From positions 62,001 through 126,000 of the forward strand of contig CP145426.1 in NCBI GenBank assembly GCA_036867785.1: a stretch of 64,000 bases of DNA. Reading direction: 5' to 3'. A program made the position numbers and the translations under genes. Numbering within the stretch: the first letter of the stretch is position 1; each line of letters begins with the position of its first letter. Shown here in pieces: positions 1 to 12,303 of this stretch. The notes under the pieces were generated by a model. The model saw only the letters and a program-made list of their open reading frames with translations. It searched no databases and had not been told where the DNA came from. Source of the DNA: Plasmodiophora brassicae (Eukaryota).

Positions 1-778
1 CCCCGCCATGATCAAATTGTTGCCTCGAAAGTCTGAAGCCCTCCTGTTCATGGTGGAGAACTGTCCCGTCGTCGCCGGGATCCGTCGGTATATCGCAACT
101 CAAGAAATCGCAACGCAAGTTCAACAGACACGTATCGTCGACAAGATTCCACGTGCCGCCGCATTCGGGGAGCAGGGCAGTGTCACCATCGTGAACAACG
201 AGCCATGGAATGACTTGTACGACAACGTTTTGCAATGGGCATCCTCGGCAGGAAACGTGCGCCTCGTGGAACTTCTGGCGGACGTTCCCGGGATCGACGC
301 CAACCTCGCCAGTCCAGATAACCGACATACAACAGCTTTGCACTGGGCGGCTTTCAACGGATACGACGCAGTCGTCAAGGCACTGCTGACAATCCCTGGG
401 ATCAATGTCAACGCGATCTCCAGCTACAAGTCGCGGACACCTCTTCACGTCGCCGCGCTTTGGGGACGTCATAAGGTTGTGGATGTGTTGCTGGGCGACG
501 ACAGGATTCAGGTCGATGTCCGGGATGACAAGGGGAGGACTCCTCTGATGCTGGCCGCGTCCTATGGACATTTTAAGGTCGTCAAATCGGTACTGAGCGG
601 CGTAAAACCCATCAAGGTCGACGCGGTGGACCGTCACAAGAGGACGGCATTGGACTGGGCCGAAGCCAGCCGTCACCCACATCCGGAAATTGTGTCACTG
701 CTGGCTGCAGTAAGCCGGGGTGGTGCGTTGAAGAAACTCGGCGCCGTCGTGCACCGCCTCCGGAAGAAGGTCACCTAA
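1..778 (+). CDS. Ankyrin-repeat protein, 5'-truncated by the window edge; close paralog of the gene at 57868-62797
   Basis: Ankyrin motifs TALHWAAFNG, TPLHVAALWG, TPLMLAASYG, TALDWA. The sequence is collinear with ORF 61904-62797 (SEALLFMVENCP vs SEAFLFMVENCP), so the ATG at 8 is probably internal. Confidence 0.9.
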   Translation, partial: PAMIKLLPRKSEALLFMVENCPVVAGIRRYIATQEIATQVQQTRIVDKIPRAAAFGEQGSVTIVNNEPWNDLYDNVLQWASSAGNVRLVELLADVPGIDANLASPDNRHTTALHWAAFNGYDAVVKALLTIPGINVNAISSYKSRTPLHVAALWGRHKVVDVLLGDDRIQVDVRDDKGRTPLMLAASYGHFKVVKSVLSGVKPIKVDAVDRHKRTALDWAEASRHPHPEIVSLLAAVSRGGALKKLGAVVHRLRKKVT

Positions 779-917
779 TTCTGGTCGGCGCAGAGATCCC
801 CGGCGACGAGATAAACGTTCGTGCTGACGTATTCGTCGTGGAGGCAATGGGCCTTAGGTCATATCAGGTGCAATCGATTGCGTTTAGCAAGCCGTCCCGG
901 CCAGCACGTGGGCACAT

Positions 918-1942
918 GTGTGCCCACTTCTAACGCCACTGGCGCCCCTGCATCCATTGCTGGGGGCCGTGTCCTCCGGGCTCCGATGGTCCGGCCACCG
1001 GCCTCTCAGACAGCGTCAGAGCAGCAACGCCTCGATGCATTTCAGGGATGGCCTCGGTGAATCCGTGATGAACGGCCACGTCGTCTGCCAACGCCTTCTC
1101 GGTACGATGCCGCACGACACAATGTTCCTGGTTGCCGACTCGGTGACGGATGAGGATTTAATGGCCTGCAGGGAAAAGGCATCGGCATCGTGCCTGTCCT
1201 GCCAGGCCCTGCTACGATGCAAACCGCTGCTCGTCGGGGGGAACACGTTCTGCGAGATCGAGACCATGGCACATACGATGACTGTGGGCGCGATCAAGCA
1301 ATTGGTATCGTGTTGGCGCTCCTGGTGCTCGGCGTGGCGCGAGATGAGGTCGTCCATGACATAGGTCGGCATCGCCGTACTTCAGCATATATTAATCGCC
1401 CGGCAGTACTGACTAGTGTGCAGGAGCGCCTTTCAGATGCACGGCGGGAGTCAGATGGGCGAGCGACGACGGCATGATTGCCTCCCAGGCGTTCAATACG
1501 TGCGACATGAGCCGTTTGCCGTCGGCTCCGATTGAGATTGAATTGGCCTCAATCTGCCCTTGGAAGGCAGGAACGCCTTCAGCAGCTTGGCGAGCGTCGT
1601 TAAGCGGCTAGAAGAGGGCGCGTCAGTGTTTATAACTGTGAAAGAGAAGGCTGACCTGCTGATCAGTGTCCCTGGTGGCCCCGACACGGTCATCGTCGTG
1701 GCTGCCGACCCTGTAGCCAGGTTGTTAACGGCGTCCTGCGTCGTAGCCCTGATGGCCCTGTTCTACATTGTGGGCGATGGGTTACAATCACCGTCAACGA
1801 CCAGCCCGGTCAGGTCGTGCTGCCGATTCCCGTTGCAGACCTGTACAGGTTCGCAGCCATTCCGTCACCGCTGCAAGGCCTTGGCGACCTGCAGGTCGAC
1901 CTGCATTTCCCTCTAAAGTGCTACCTCGCTGCCCGTAAATGA
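918..1942 (+). pseudogene. Frameshifted copy 1 of the Uma2-like (PD-(D/E)xK fold) gene family
   Basis: Collinear at DNA level with 3830-4827. Indels break the frame at ~1300 (caattggtatc vs caagatatc), ~1542 and ~1730. Confidence 0.75.
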
Positions 1943-1985
1943 GACCTGCCTTTCAATGTGTCTCAAGGATAACGTGTTAGGTAGA

Positions 1986-2725
1986 CTAACATGGGCGGGG
2001 AGAGAAGCAATGCTCTGGAGGGTGTTCCTTGGCTAGAAATCCCGTAAGGTCAGCACTGAGGTCGACAGTCGAAATAATGTCACAAACCTTGGTGGCGGGA
2101 AGTCTCTTCCGGGGCTGTTTATCGGAGCCTCGTTTACCATTACCTCCATTCTTGACAGCACCCGTGCGTGCACCGAGGACGCCCTGCCCAATATTTGGAA
2201 GCGTCAGCCGTAGATAAAGGAAAGACCCTTCTGCGAGGCGCAGGTCGCCGACCGTAGTAGCAGTCTCGAACTTGCGATAGTACGCGTCGTGTTTGTCTGT
2301 AACATGCAGATCGACAGGGTCCGGAATGTGTAGACGTGTGCGACATTCCTGGACAACCTGCTCCAGCGTGGTCGCACTGGTGACGTCAAGACTGAGGAAT
2401 GTACGCTCCAATCCACAATGGTAGCGACATTTTTCAGGAATACAAACGTGAACTTGATACCAGGTCCGCGCGCTGGAGACGCCTGCGAGGCCAACAGCAA
2501 TCGGTTTCGACACTGCAAATACAAGTTGTCGAACAACATTACTTTCGATGCATCTCCGCAATCAGAAACACTGATTGGCAGGCGGGACATGCGCCTACTG
2601 ACAGAAGTGACGATGCCATGCCTGAAACGCGTCCGGAAGACTGTGCCGGCAAACGTACTGGCTACCGTATTTACAAAGAATACGAGTCCCCTAATGGTCT
2701 CCTCGTACTTCCCACTCGCAGACAT
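1986..2725 (-). CDS. Ubiquitin-like domain protein; exon structure uncertain, possibly a fragment
   Basis: YQVHVCIP...TFLSLDVTSATTLEQVVQECRTRLHIP...ETATTVGDLRLAEGSFLYLRL follows the ubiquitin beta-grasp pattern. A probable acceptor (tttgcag) precedes it. Confidence 0.5.
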
Positions 2726-3046
2726 GGTCGGTCTGCGGCGAGGCCGCGTTCAGTCTGCACCACGGGGGCGGTACAGGCCACAGGGGGTACCTCTGTGTAA
2801 ATGCGGTAAATAGTCCGGATCGCAATTCTGTGCAGTCCCGGCGGAGGCGCAAGCCGCAGGCCTGCGCCAGACCCAGTCCGACCGTTTAACATTAAAAGAC
2901 GACTTAACGGTACTTGTTCATAGTCGTGATCAGCCTCGCAAACTCGAGAATCAAAGAGGCCGGGCGCTGTCGACGACAGCCGCGACTTAGGACAATTACG
3001 CGAGCAGTCAGTCTTTGGTGCGCTTTGAATCGGTACGGATCTGACA

Positions 3047-3755
3047 ATGGAGTCGGACGCTCATGGGCAGGCGGCGGGTTATATACGCGGAGAGATACTG
3101 ATGGCTCTAAAAGACCTTGGCGTGGAAAACCGCCAAATGGTCGTGGAGATGGGTACGCCGTACACGACGAATTGATCGTGCCTGCGATGTTGATATTTGG
3201 CAGCGCCGCTGAATATACGATGCAGGAACGCCCTTACGCGACACGAGATCCTGCCGTTGGAGGAGCAACGGCGGTCTAGCGGCACGCGAATTCGCCGAGG
3301 GAGACAGCATTCTCGTACATCTGATATCAGCGCCCGTTGAGGTCGAGTTCGGGCACACGCAACCGCTCGGAGACGTTCACCACGTCAGCAGCGCACGGAG
3401 CGTGATCCGAAAGATGCAGAAGGGTCGTCGTGTTTCCGTCAAAGAAAAGACTGATATGATGCTGAGCGTCAAGAATGGTCCGCATACGGTGATTGCTGCG
3501 GCTGGAGACCCGGTGGCGCGTTCCATCACCGCAGGCGTTATGCTGCGTACGAAAGACGGGCCGGTCGTGTACGGCGACTGGGTGACGGTGGCTGAGGGCG
3601 ATGGACCTGGCAACGGCCTGCTCTCAATACCAGTCCGAAGCCTCTACAAGTATGCAACAATTCCGGTACCATTGCAAGACCGCGAAGCAATCCAGATCGA
3701 CCTGAACACGATTCTGAAAGGATACCTAGGAGGTCTTCGACGTCAGCGGGCGTGA
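3047..3755 (+). CDS. Uma2-like nuclease-fold protein, copy 2 (diverged; N-terminus short or not found)
   Basis: Exon MESDAHGQAAGYIRGEILMALKDLG, intron 3153-3225, then RWRSNGGL...APVEVEFG...IPVRSLYKYATIPVPLQ. Homologous to 3830-4827 with the same intron position. Confidence 0.6.
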
Positions 3756-3829
3756 TGACAACCAAATATATGACTACTTTAGAATTGAAAGGAACGGTGC
3801 CATAGGACGAGAGGTGTGCATCGCCGTGT

Positions 3830-4827
3830 GTGCGGGCCATCGTTCCGGCTGGGTTGTCACGGTCCTCCGGGCTCCGAAGGGCCGATTCACCGGCCTCTCA
3901 GACGGCGGACGCGACGGCGCCGGAGCCGTACCGTGTATCGATGCATTTCAGGGATGGCCTCGGCGAATCCGTGGACGCCCACGTCATCTGCCAACACCTT
4001 CTCGACACGATGCCGCGGGACACAATGTTCCTGGTTGCCGACTCGGTGACTGACCGGGACCTAATGGCCTGGGAAACGGCATCGGCATATTGTCTGTCCT
4101 GCCAGGCTCTCCTGCGATGCAAACCGCTGCTCGTCGGGGGGAACCTGTTCTGCGAGATCGCGACCACGGCGCATACAACGACGGTGGGCGCGATCAAACA
4201 AGATATCGTGTTGGCGCTTCTGGACCTCGGCGTCGCGCGCGACGAGGTCGTCCAAGACATTGGTCGGCATCGCCCGTATACGAGTCGGCAGGCGGGACTG
4301 ACCAGTGTGCAGGGGCGCCGTTCAGGCGCACGGCCGGAGTCAGATGGGCGAGCGACGGCGGCCTGATTGCTGCCCAGGCGTTCGATACGTTCGACATGAG
4401 CCGCCTGCCGTCGGCGCCGATCGAGATTGAATTTGGTGTCGACCTGCCCTTGGAGGGCAGGAACGCCATCAGCAGCTTGGCGAGCGTCGTCAGCCGGCTC
4501 GAGCGGGGCCACAGTATCAATGTGAAACAGAAGGCGGACCTGCTGATCAGGGTCCCTGGTGGCCCCGACACGGTCATCGTCGTGGCTGGCGACCTCGCCG
4601 CCAGGTCGTTAACGGCGGGCGTCCTGCGCCGGACGCCCGGCGGTCCCGTTCTACATCGGCAATGGGTGACCGTCACCAGCGGCGACAGGCCCGGTCAGGT
4701 CGCGCTGCCGATACCCGTTGCAGGCCTGTACAGGTTCGCGCCCGTTCCGGCATCGCTGCAGGGCGTCGACGACCTGCTTCTCGACCTGCGCTTCCCTCTG
4801 CAGTGCTACCTCGCCGGCCGCAAATGA
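3830..4827 (+). CDS. Uma2-like (DUF820-type) restriction-endonuclease-fold protein, copy 3, apparently intact
   Basis: Intron 4263-4312 joins LLVGGNLFCEIATTAH... in frame to RWASDGGL...SAPIEIEFG. The pattern resembles Uma2 (ELIDG-x-H helix, PD, ExE). Start uncertain; first ATG at 3941. Confidence 0.6.
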
Positions 4828-5255
4828 GCGCTGTCGTTGGTGGTCGGGGAACAGGGAACAACGGTGCCTACACCGGACGACGTGTGCGACCTGGGCTATA
4901 ACGCCCGACCGTGTTCTGTGATAGATCGCGCGATACCTCATGACTGGATCCCCGGGTCGCGTTCGGGACTGGTGTCTCCAGGGTTCCAGAAGAGCGCGCG
5001 CGCCCTGTCTATCGTCCCCCCAGGCGAATCGACCGTGCCGTCCAGATACACATGGTGGGAGGAGTGCGGCCAGCGCGAGCATCGTACCGAGGGGTCGCCA
5101 GGCGAGATCCGCACCGCTGGGAGATATCGCCCCTGGGGATCGCGTGCCCTCCTGCCCCTGGGGGGCACGCGACGTCATGATCCCGTGCCGCCGGTCCATT
5201 TCGAAATCGTATCGGTGGGGTCGTCGCTGTCGGTTGTTCTCGAACAAGCGACACG

Positions 5256-8200
5256 ATGGCGCGCAACGCCGTCCGGTTCCGCCTGGCGTCGTCGAACCCG
5301 ATCACGCAGCCGTTCCTGCTCTGGGTCCTCAAGCTGATCCTGCGGTTCGCCTGCACGTCGCCCGAGCGCATCGCGTTCTCGATCGACGCCGGCAGCAAGG
5401 CGGAGCACTGCTCCAACGCCCTGCACAAGGCGTGGATCGAGCAGACGAAGCGGGCGAAGCCGTCGATGACGCGCGCCCTGCTGTCCGCGTTCGGCGTCCC
5501 ATACCTGCTGCTGGGCCTGTGGAAGCTCGTCTGGACGTTCTGCACCTGGGGATGCGCCTGGTACTTCCTCAAGCAGCTGATGTCGACGGCGACCCGCTCC
5601 ATGTCGTGGGCGTACGTCATGCTGGGCGCCGCCGCCCTGTCCGCCATCGCCATCCAGCAGGTGTACTCGGGGACGTTCATTGTCGGCCTCAAGGTGCGCT
5701 CGTCGCTGACCATGCTCGTCTACAACAAGGCGCTGGTGCTGCCGCCCGAGCACGTCGGCATCGGCGAGATCGTCAACATGGTGTCGACCGACATCGAGGC
5801 GGTGGCGCAGGCGGCCACCCACTGGCACTTCCTCTGGTCCGGCATCGTCGAGGTCGCCCTAGTCATCGCCCTGCTCATCTACGAGGCGCGCCTGTCGGCC
5901 ATCTGGCCCGTCCTGATCATTGTCGTCGCCCTGCCCTTCCAGCTGTACCTCGGCAAGCTCGTCAGCCGGTACTCGGCCGACTGGATCAAGGCGGCCGGCG
6001 AGCGCCTGCACCTGATGACCGAGATCCTGACGGCCGTCAAGCTCATCAAGTTCTACACCTGGGAGCAGTACTTCCACGAGCGCGTCGACGCCGTCCGCAA
6101 GCGCGAGGCGGCCGCCGCCGCCTCCCAGATCATGGCCCGGGCGGTCAACTTCGCGATCGTGTTCGGCATCCCGGTGCTGGGCGCGCTCGCCTGCCTGTAC
6201 TCCCTGCAGGTGTACGGCCAGCTGGACGCGTCGCTGTCGTTCGTGCTCGTGTCGCTGCTGAACACGCTGCGGTACCCGCTGCTGATGATGCCGATGGCCG
6301 TCAAGTCGATCTCGTCGGCGTCGAACGCGCTCGCGTCGCTGAACGCGTTCATGCGGCGCCCGGAGCTGGCCGACCAGCGGCAGACGCAGGCGACGAAGAG
6401 CGACCCGGCCGGCAAGAAGGGCGTCGTCGAGATCACCAAGGCCGACCTGACCTGGGGTGACGACCCCACGCCGACGCTGGCCAACGTCAGCATGCACGTG
6501 TACCCGGGCGAGGTCGTCGCCGTCGTTGGCACGGTCGGCACGGGCAAGTCGACGCTGATGGCGTCGATCCTGGGCCAGACCAACATCCGGGACGGGGCGG
6601 TGCGCGTCGTCGGCCGCACCAGCTTCTGCCCGCAGGAGGCCTGGCTGATCAACGCCAGCATCCAGGACAACATCCTGTTCGGGACGCCCATGGACCGCGA
6701 GCGGTACGACAAGGTCATCGAGGTCTGCTGCCTGGGCCGGGACCTGTCCCTGTTCCCGGACGGCGACCAGACGCTGGTGGCCGAGCGCGGCGCCAACCTG
6801 TCGGGCGGGCAGAAGCAGCGCGTGTCCATGGCGCGGGCCGTCTACGCGCACAGCCACATCGTCCTGCTGGACGACCCGCTCAGCGCGCTGGACCAGAAGG
6901 TCGGGCGCACCATCTTCGAGAAGTGCATCAAGGGGTTCCTCAAGGACCGCGCCGTCGTCATGGTGACGCATGGCCTGCAGTACCTGTACCAGGTAGGGGG
7001 CGGGCACCATCGCATCGGCGACGACGTGCGCTGACGCCTGCTCGTTGTCGTAGGTCGACCGCATCATGCTGATGGGCGACGGCGGCGTCGTCGAGTACGG
7101 CACGTACACGGAGCTGATGGGGCGGGCGCAGGGCCGCCTGCGCGCCCTCGTCGAGCAGCACGTCGACATCAGCGAGGAGTCGCTGGACCGCGACTCGGAC
7201 GAGAACGTGACCAAGTTCAGCACGATCCAGATCCCGGACGCCGGCGACGACGACGCCGACGAGGCGGCGGCGGCGGCGGCCAGCGGCACCGGGCGCAACA
7301 ACCTCCAGTCGGTTCGCGTTGCCGACGACGGTCGTGGGGCGGCGGCGGTGGCGTCCCCCCAGCGCCTGCCGTCCGACACCGACCGGCGCGTCGTCAACCG
7401 CATCTCGCAGTTCAACCATGGCATGGAGCTGGACGACAACACGCTGCAGCAGAAGGCCGAGTACGACCACCAGAACACGTTCGGGCCGTACCACAGCGTC
7501 AGCCAGCTCAGCAACGTGCCGTCGTTCGCCAGGAACGTGGCGCGCAACGAGCTCAGCGTCCTGACGTACCGGTCGCAGTCGTTCGACGGCGACGACCTGC
7601 CGCGCGTCCACCGCAAGGACCGCAAGGTCGTCAAGGGCGGCGCCCTGCGCTACATGCAGAAGGGGGCCGGCGGCGTCGCCGCCTCCGTCCTCGTCTGCGT
7701 CCTGTTCTTCGCCGTCCATGGCATCCGGAGCGGGATCGACCTGTGGGTCAAGGTCTGGACGGGCAACACGAACGGGTGGGGCCAGACGACCAACGTCATC
7801 GTCTTCATGGTGCTGTGCTTCGCGTTCACCGGCGGCGTCGCCCTGCGCGGTTACCTGCTCGCCAAGGGCGCCGCCGCCAAGTCCCGCCGCATGCACGACA
7901 TGATGGTCGACTCGTTGTTCCACGCGCCCATGGCCTTCTACGACCGCACGCCGCTCGGGCGCATCCTGCAGACGTCGAGCGAGCACCAGGCCGACTCGGA
8001 CGACCGCCTGCCCGACGCCGCCATGCAGATGCTGCAGTACATGCCGCTGGCGCTGGCCGCCCTGGTCCTCATGTGCATGTACTCGAACGTGCTGCTGATC
8101 CCGTGCTGCGTTGTCCTGGTCGGCATCGCCGTCGTCATCTTCATGCTGCCGCACTGGACCGGCGTGCTCAAGTTCTTCAAGGCGCAGTCGAAGCAGGCCA

Positions 8201-9432
8201 AGCCGGCCCTGTACTCGCACGTGGCGACCACGCTCGAAGGGTTGTTCTCGGTGCGCGCGTTCGGCGCCCAGGCCCGGTTCCGCGAGGAGACGCTGGCGCA
8301 CCTGGACGCCACCAACAAGTGGGAGATCGGGTCGCAGCACGTCCGCTACTTTGTCGCCCTGTACATCGACCTGGTCTGCGCCGTCATCATCTTCGCCGCC
8401 GCCTACTGGATCGCGGTGGCCCCCGCCAAGGACTACCCGCCGGCCGTCGTCGGCCTGATCCTGTCCAACGCCCTGCAGCTGCTCGTCTTCGTCGGCTGGG
8501 CCCTGCGCATGTTCGAGGAGACGCTGACGTCGTTCAAGTCGATCACCGAGCTGCAGAACATGGGCAACAACATCACGCCCGAGGCGCCGTTCGAGATCAC
8601 CGACCGGCCGCAGCCGGACGCGTCCTGGCCGTCCAAGGGCGCCGTCGACTTCAAGGACATCGTCCTGCGCTACACCGAGTACGGCGTGGCCGTCCTCAAG
8701 CGCGTCACGTTCGAGGTGAAACCGACCGAGAAGATCGGCATCGTCGGGCGCACCGGGTCGGGCAAGTCCACGCTGCTGAACGCCCTGCTGCGCATCGTCG
8801 AGTCGTGCAACGGGAAGATCGTCGTCGACGGCGTCGACGTCAGCAAGATCGGCCTGCGCATGCTGCGCAAGCGGATCGCCATCATCCCGCAGGAGCCGGT
8901 CCTGTTCCTGGGGACCGTGCGCACCAACCTGGACCCGTACAGCGAGCACGACAACGCCGAGATCTGGAAGGCGCTCAGCGCCGTCAACCTGGACGCGATC
9001 GTGCGCCCGATGCCCGGCGGCCTGGACGCCGTCGTCGTCGAGAACGGCAGGAACTTCTCGCTGGGCCAGCGCCAGCTGTTCTGCGTGGCGCGCGCCATCC
9101 TCAGCAAGTCCTGCATTGTCGTCCTGGACGAGGCGACGGCGGCGGTGGACGCCGACACGGACGCGATGGTGCAGGAGGCGGTGAAGAAGAACTTTGCGCA
9201 GTGCACCGTGCTGACGATCGCGCACCGCCTGAACACGATCATCGAGTACGACAAGATCCTGTTCATGGACGCCGGCGTCGTCGCCGAGTTCGACAAGCCG
9301 CTGACGCTGCTGGACAACCCCATGGGCAAGTTCACGTCGCTCGTCAACCAGACCGGCGCCGAGTCCGCCCGGAAGCTCCGCCAGCTCGCCGAGGAGAAGG
9401 CCGCCCGGGAGCTCCAGGCCGAGAAGAAATGA
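5256..9432 (+). CDS. ABCC/MRP-type full ABC transporter (TMD-NBD-TMD-NBD, no TMD0)
   Basis: NBD1 GTVGTGKST/LSGGQKQR/LLDD; NBD2 GRTGSGKST/FSLGQRQL/VLDEAT; two TM domains; single intron 6993-7053. Confidence 0.95.
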
Positions 9433-9713
9433 GAGCGCGCGCCCGGTCAGCTGCGCTCCCCCAAAAATGGCCCATCATCCCGGCGATCACCAAATATAGT
9501 GTTGCCCCCGTTGCGCACCAAATGCGTTTGCCGCAGTCGGCAGTCGCCTTTGGGCAAAACAGTAACACACAACGTCGTGCAATACCGTCTCGGCGATGGC
9601 CGATGGCGTTTTTTGTGGTCCGCGCTTCGAACGGGAAGGTCGGCTGCGCGAGAGGGGGGCAGCCGCACGTCATTCGGCATTCTGCACGATTTGGCGGAAG
9701 AGGAGCGCCAATA

Positions 9714-11583
9714 ATGGTGAGGCAGTTCGGTCTGGCGGGTATCGGCGTCGACCTGGCAGGCGGCGCGCTGCCGCTGGCGGGCGAGGTTCGCGCCTTGCTC
9801 GACCAGGGCCTGTTCGATTGCGCCAGCCTCGTCGGGCAGTTCCTGGTCAGCCAGGCGCAGAGCCTGCCGTCGCCTGCGACGGAAGATGCGCGCCTGGAGC
9901 GCATCGGTTCGGTGTCGTGTCGTGGCGACGGGCGCTGCCGTTTACCTGAGTGTCGTGTTCAGATGCGCTGGTGCTGCTGGCGGATGCGTTCAGTGGCCAG
10001 CGCGAGTTTCGCAGAGCGATCGCGAGGTATACGGAGGCGCTGCAGCAGAACCAGCTGTTCCGATCGGTCGTGTCGAAAGTCGATACCCGTTCACTTATCG
10101 ACAGCGCGGTTCGACTGAAGATCGCGGCGGCGTACGTCGCGCTTGGCGATGATCGGGCGAAGGACGCGCTCGACGTCTTGGAGGCCGTCGCCCAGAAAAC
10201 CGTCCAGTGCCACATGCTGATGGGACAGCTCAATGAGCGTTTAGGTCGCATCAAGTCGGCCGTTGTCTGCTACTTTAACGCCATCGAGATGAACCCGATG
10301 GCTGTATCCGCTGCCCTGGCCCTCGTTCGGGTACGTGCTCATCGGTGTCCGCTGAACGCGGGCTGACGATCTCGTTCTAGCTAGGGGCAGATGTAAGCAA
10401 GTTGACGAGCAGGTATCGCAAAGCCCCAGGGCTGCAGTGGATCGAGCACCTTCTCGAGGGTCACGCGCGGGCCGCCGTTCATGACCATCGCGCGGCGCAC
10501 GCCACGTTTTCGGCGCTGTCGCTGCGGTTCCCGTCGAACTATCACGTCCTTGTCCATAAGGCGTGCGCTCAGCTTCAGCTGTCCGAAACGAACGACGCCT
10601 TGGCGACTTTCTCGCTTGCGAGTCGATGCGATCCGTACGCCGTCGACTGCATGGACATCTACGCATGGGCACTTCGTATGAGGAACCAGGCAACGGAGCT
10701 CGGTGTGTGGCGTTTTGTCAACTGAACCATTCCTCACTGGTCAACGCTGTCGTCCCCTTTTGTGCATAGGGTCATTATCCCAGCGCCTGCTTGCGCATCA
10801 GCATCGGCCGCAACCATGGGTCGCTGTGGCCTTGTTCTGCGATCAGCGCAACGATAGAGATAAGGGTACGTGCTTTTCAACCACACGCGGCTGCTGTCTG
10901 CTCGTTTAACGTATTGTGCAGCCGTTAAATTCTTGGAGAAGGCAATTGCATTGTCACCGCGGCATATCACGGCGTACCTCGTTAAAGGATACATCTCATT
11001 GGCGACTGGTTGCGCCGACGAAGCCGTCACTGCGTATAAGCAAGCGAACCTGATCGATCGGCGGGAACTCGATTCCTACACGGGTCTGGTGGAGGCGTAC
11101 CTGGGGGTGCCTCAGTTCAACGATGCCCTGTTCATTGCCAAGGCCTGCGTTCAGGTCCTGCCGAACAATGCGCGTGCGCTGACGCTGTTCGGGAACGTGC
11201 TCGCCCGCACGACAGAGGGTCGTGACAACGCTCGCAAGGCGTTCACGAAGGCGCTCCAGATCGACCCCAACTGTCATGATGCCTGCATCGCCCTGGTCAA
11301 GCTCTGCATGGCGCAGTCGCAGTTCCAGGAAGCGATCACGCTGCTCGAGAAGCACCTGGCGCATCATCCGACGGACGCAATGCACACGAAGCTGGCGAAC
11401 GCCTATGCGCTCAGCGGCAATGTCAGCCAGGCGCTGTTCCACTACCACACCGCCTTGAGCATGACGCCCGACTTTCGACCTGCCCAGGCGGGTCTGGAAC
11501 GCCTGGAAGCCAGTCTCAAGGAACGTTGCCAAGAAGATGCACCCGACGTTATCGATGATGAATTCGAACTTGTTTATCAGTAA
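9714..11583 (+). CDS. APC7: Anaphase-promoting complex subunit 7 (TPR protein), multi-exon
   Basis: VRLKIAAAY...DALDVLEAV...HMLMGQLNERLG...AVVCY...NPMAVSAALAL, DPYAVDCMDIYA and PQPWVAVA match the APC7 TPR layout. Confidence 0.8.
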
Positions 11584-12303
11584 TCGAATATGCATGAAGG
11601 GGCGGTACTGCGTACGTCGACGTTGCGGGTCGGTAGGTCCAGGCCACTGGATACTCGGCTTCAAGCAAATCAAGGTCAGATCCTCCCTGGCACTGGCCTT
11701 CCGTGGGACCTATCCTGCATTTGCCAATCGGGAAAGTCCAAGTCACCATTCATCGCAGCACAGCTCCCAGGGCGATGTACAAAGCCGTGGGCATCTACAA
11801 CAGCTTCGATCGAGTTGCATTCTCAGTCTGCAGGCGTGCGTTTCGTACTCGAAGGTTCCAGGTACGTTGGCGCGTTGATCCGCAGGCAACGCATGCTTCA
11901 CGCACGACACGTAATGGCTAGCTTCTCTCTGTAGACCGACGTGGAAATCGCCTATGTGATCAGTAAGCTTCGCGGTGCAGGTTCCGTACACACTCCCGCT
12001 TCGCCTGTTCAACAAAAGGTTCCTGAACGCTCCAGGCTCGTGCTCTGCACCGTCATACGACCCCACCCTCCGGCGCCCAATGAGGCTGTGAGCTCCGTGG
12101 CAACCGATTCAATACCTCAGTACAAACCAGGAAGGCCCCTCCTTGACACGGGTCACACCACCTGTCGAGGTCTCGGTCTCGTCGTTTCTTTCTGGCCCCA
12201 TGTCCGTTTTCGGGGCCGCAGTTTCTTTAAGGACCCCCTTTCGTGATCCCGCGCTGGAAGGACGCCTCCTGGCCACTGGCCATTGGTGAGGACGTCGCCG
12301 AAG

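Noticed and set aside
4120-4260. Reading LLVGGNLFCEIATTAHTTTVGAIKQ as a Crinkler ubiquitin-like header
   Set aside because: The paralog at 3047 conserves the AH...I...I..AL..LG helix, which fits the Uma2 N-terminal motif better.
4940-10118. Long alternative ORFs (506, 591, 755 and 791 aa) over the ABCC gene
   Set aside because: Same GC3 shadow effect. The 791-aa ORF only picks up APC7 exon 1 at its end.
11590-12300. Several short ORFs between APC7 and the HPR-like gene
   Set aside because: No motif, codon bias or consistent splice model that I can support.
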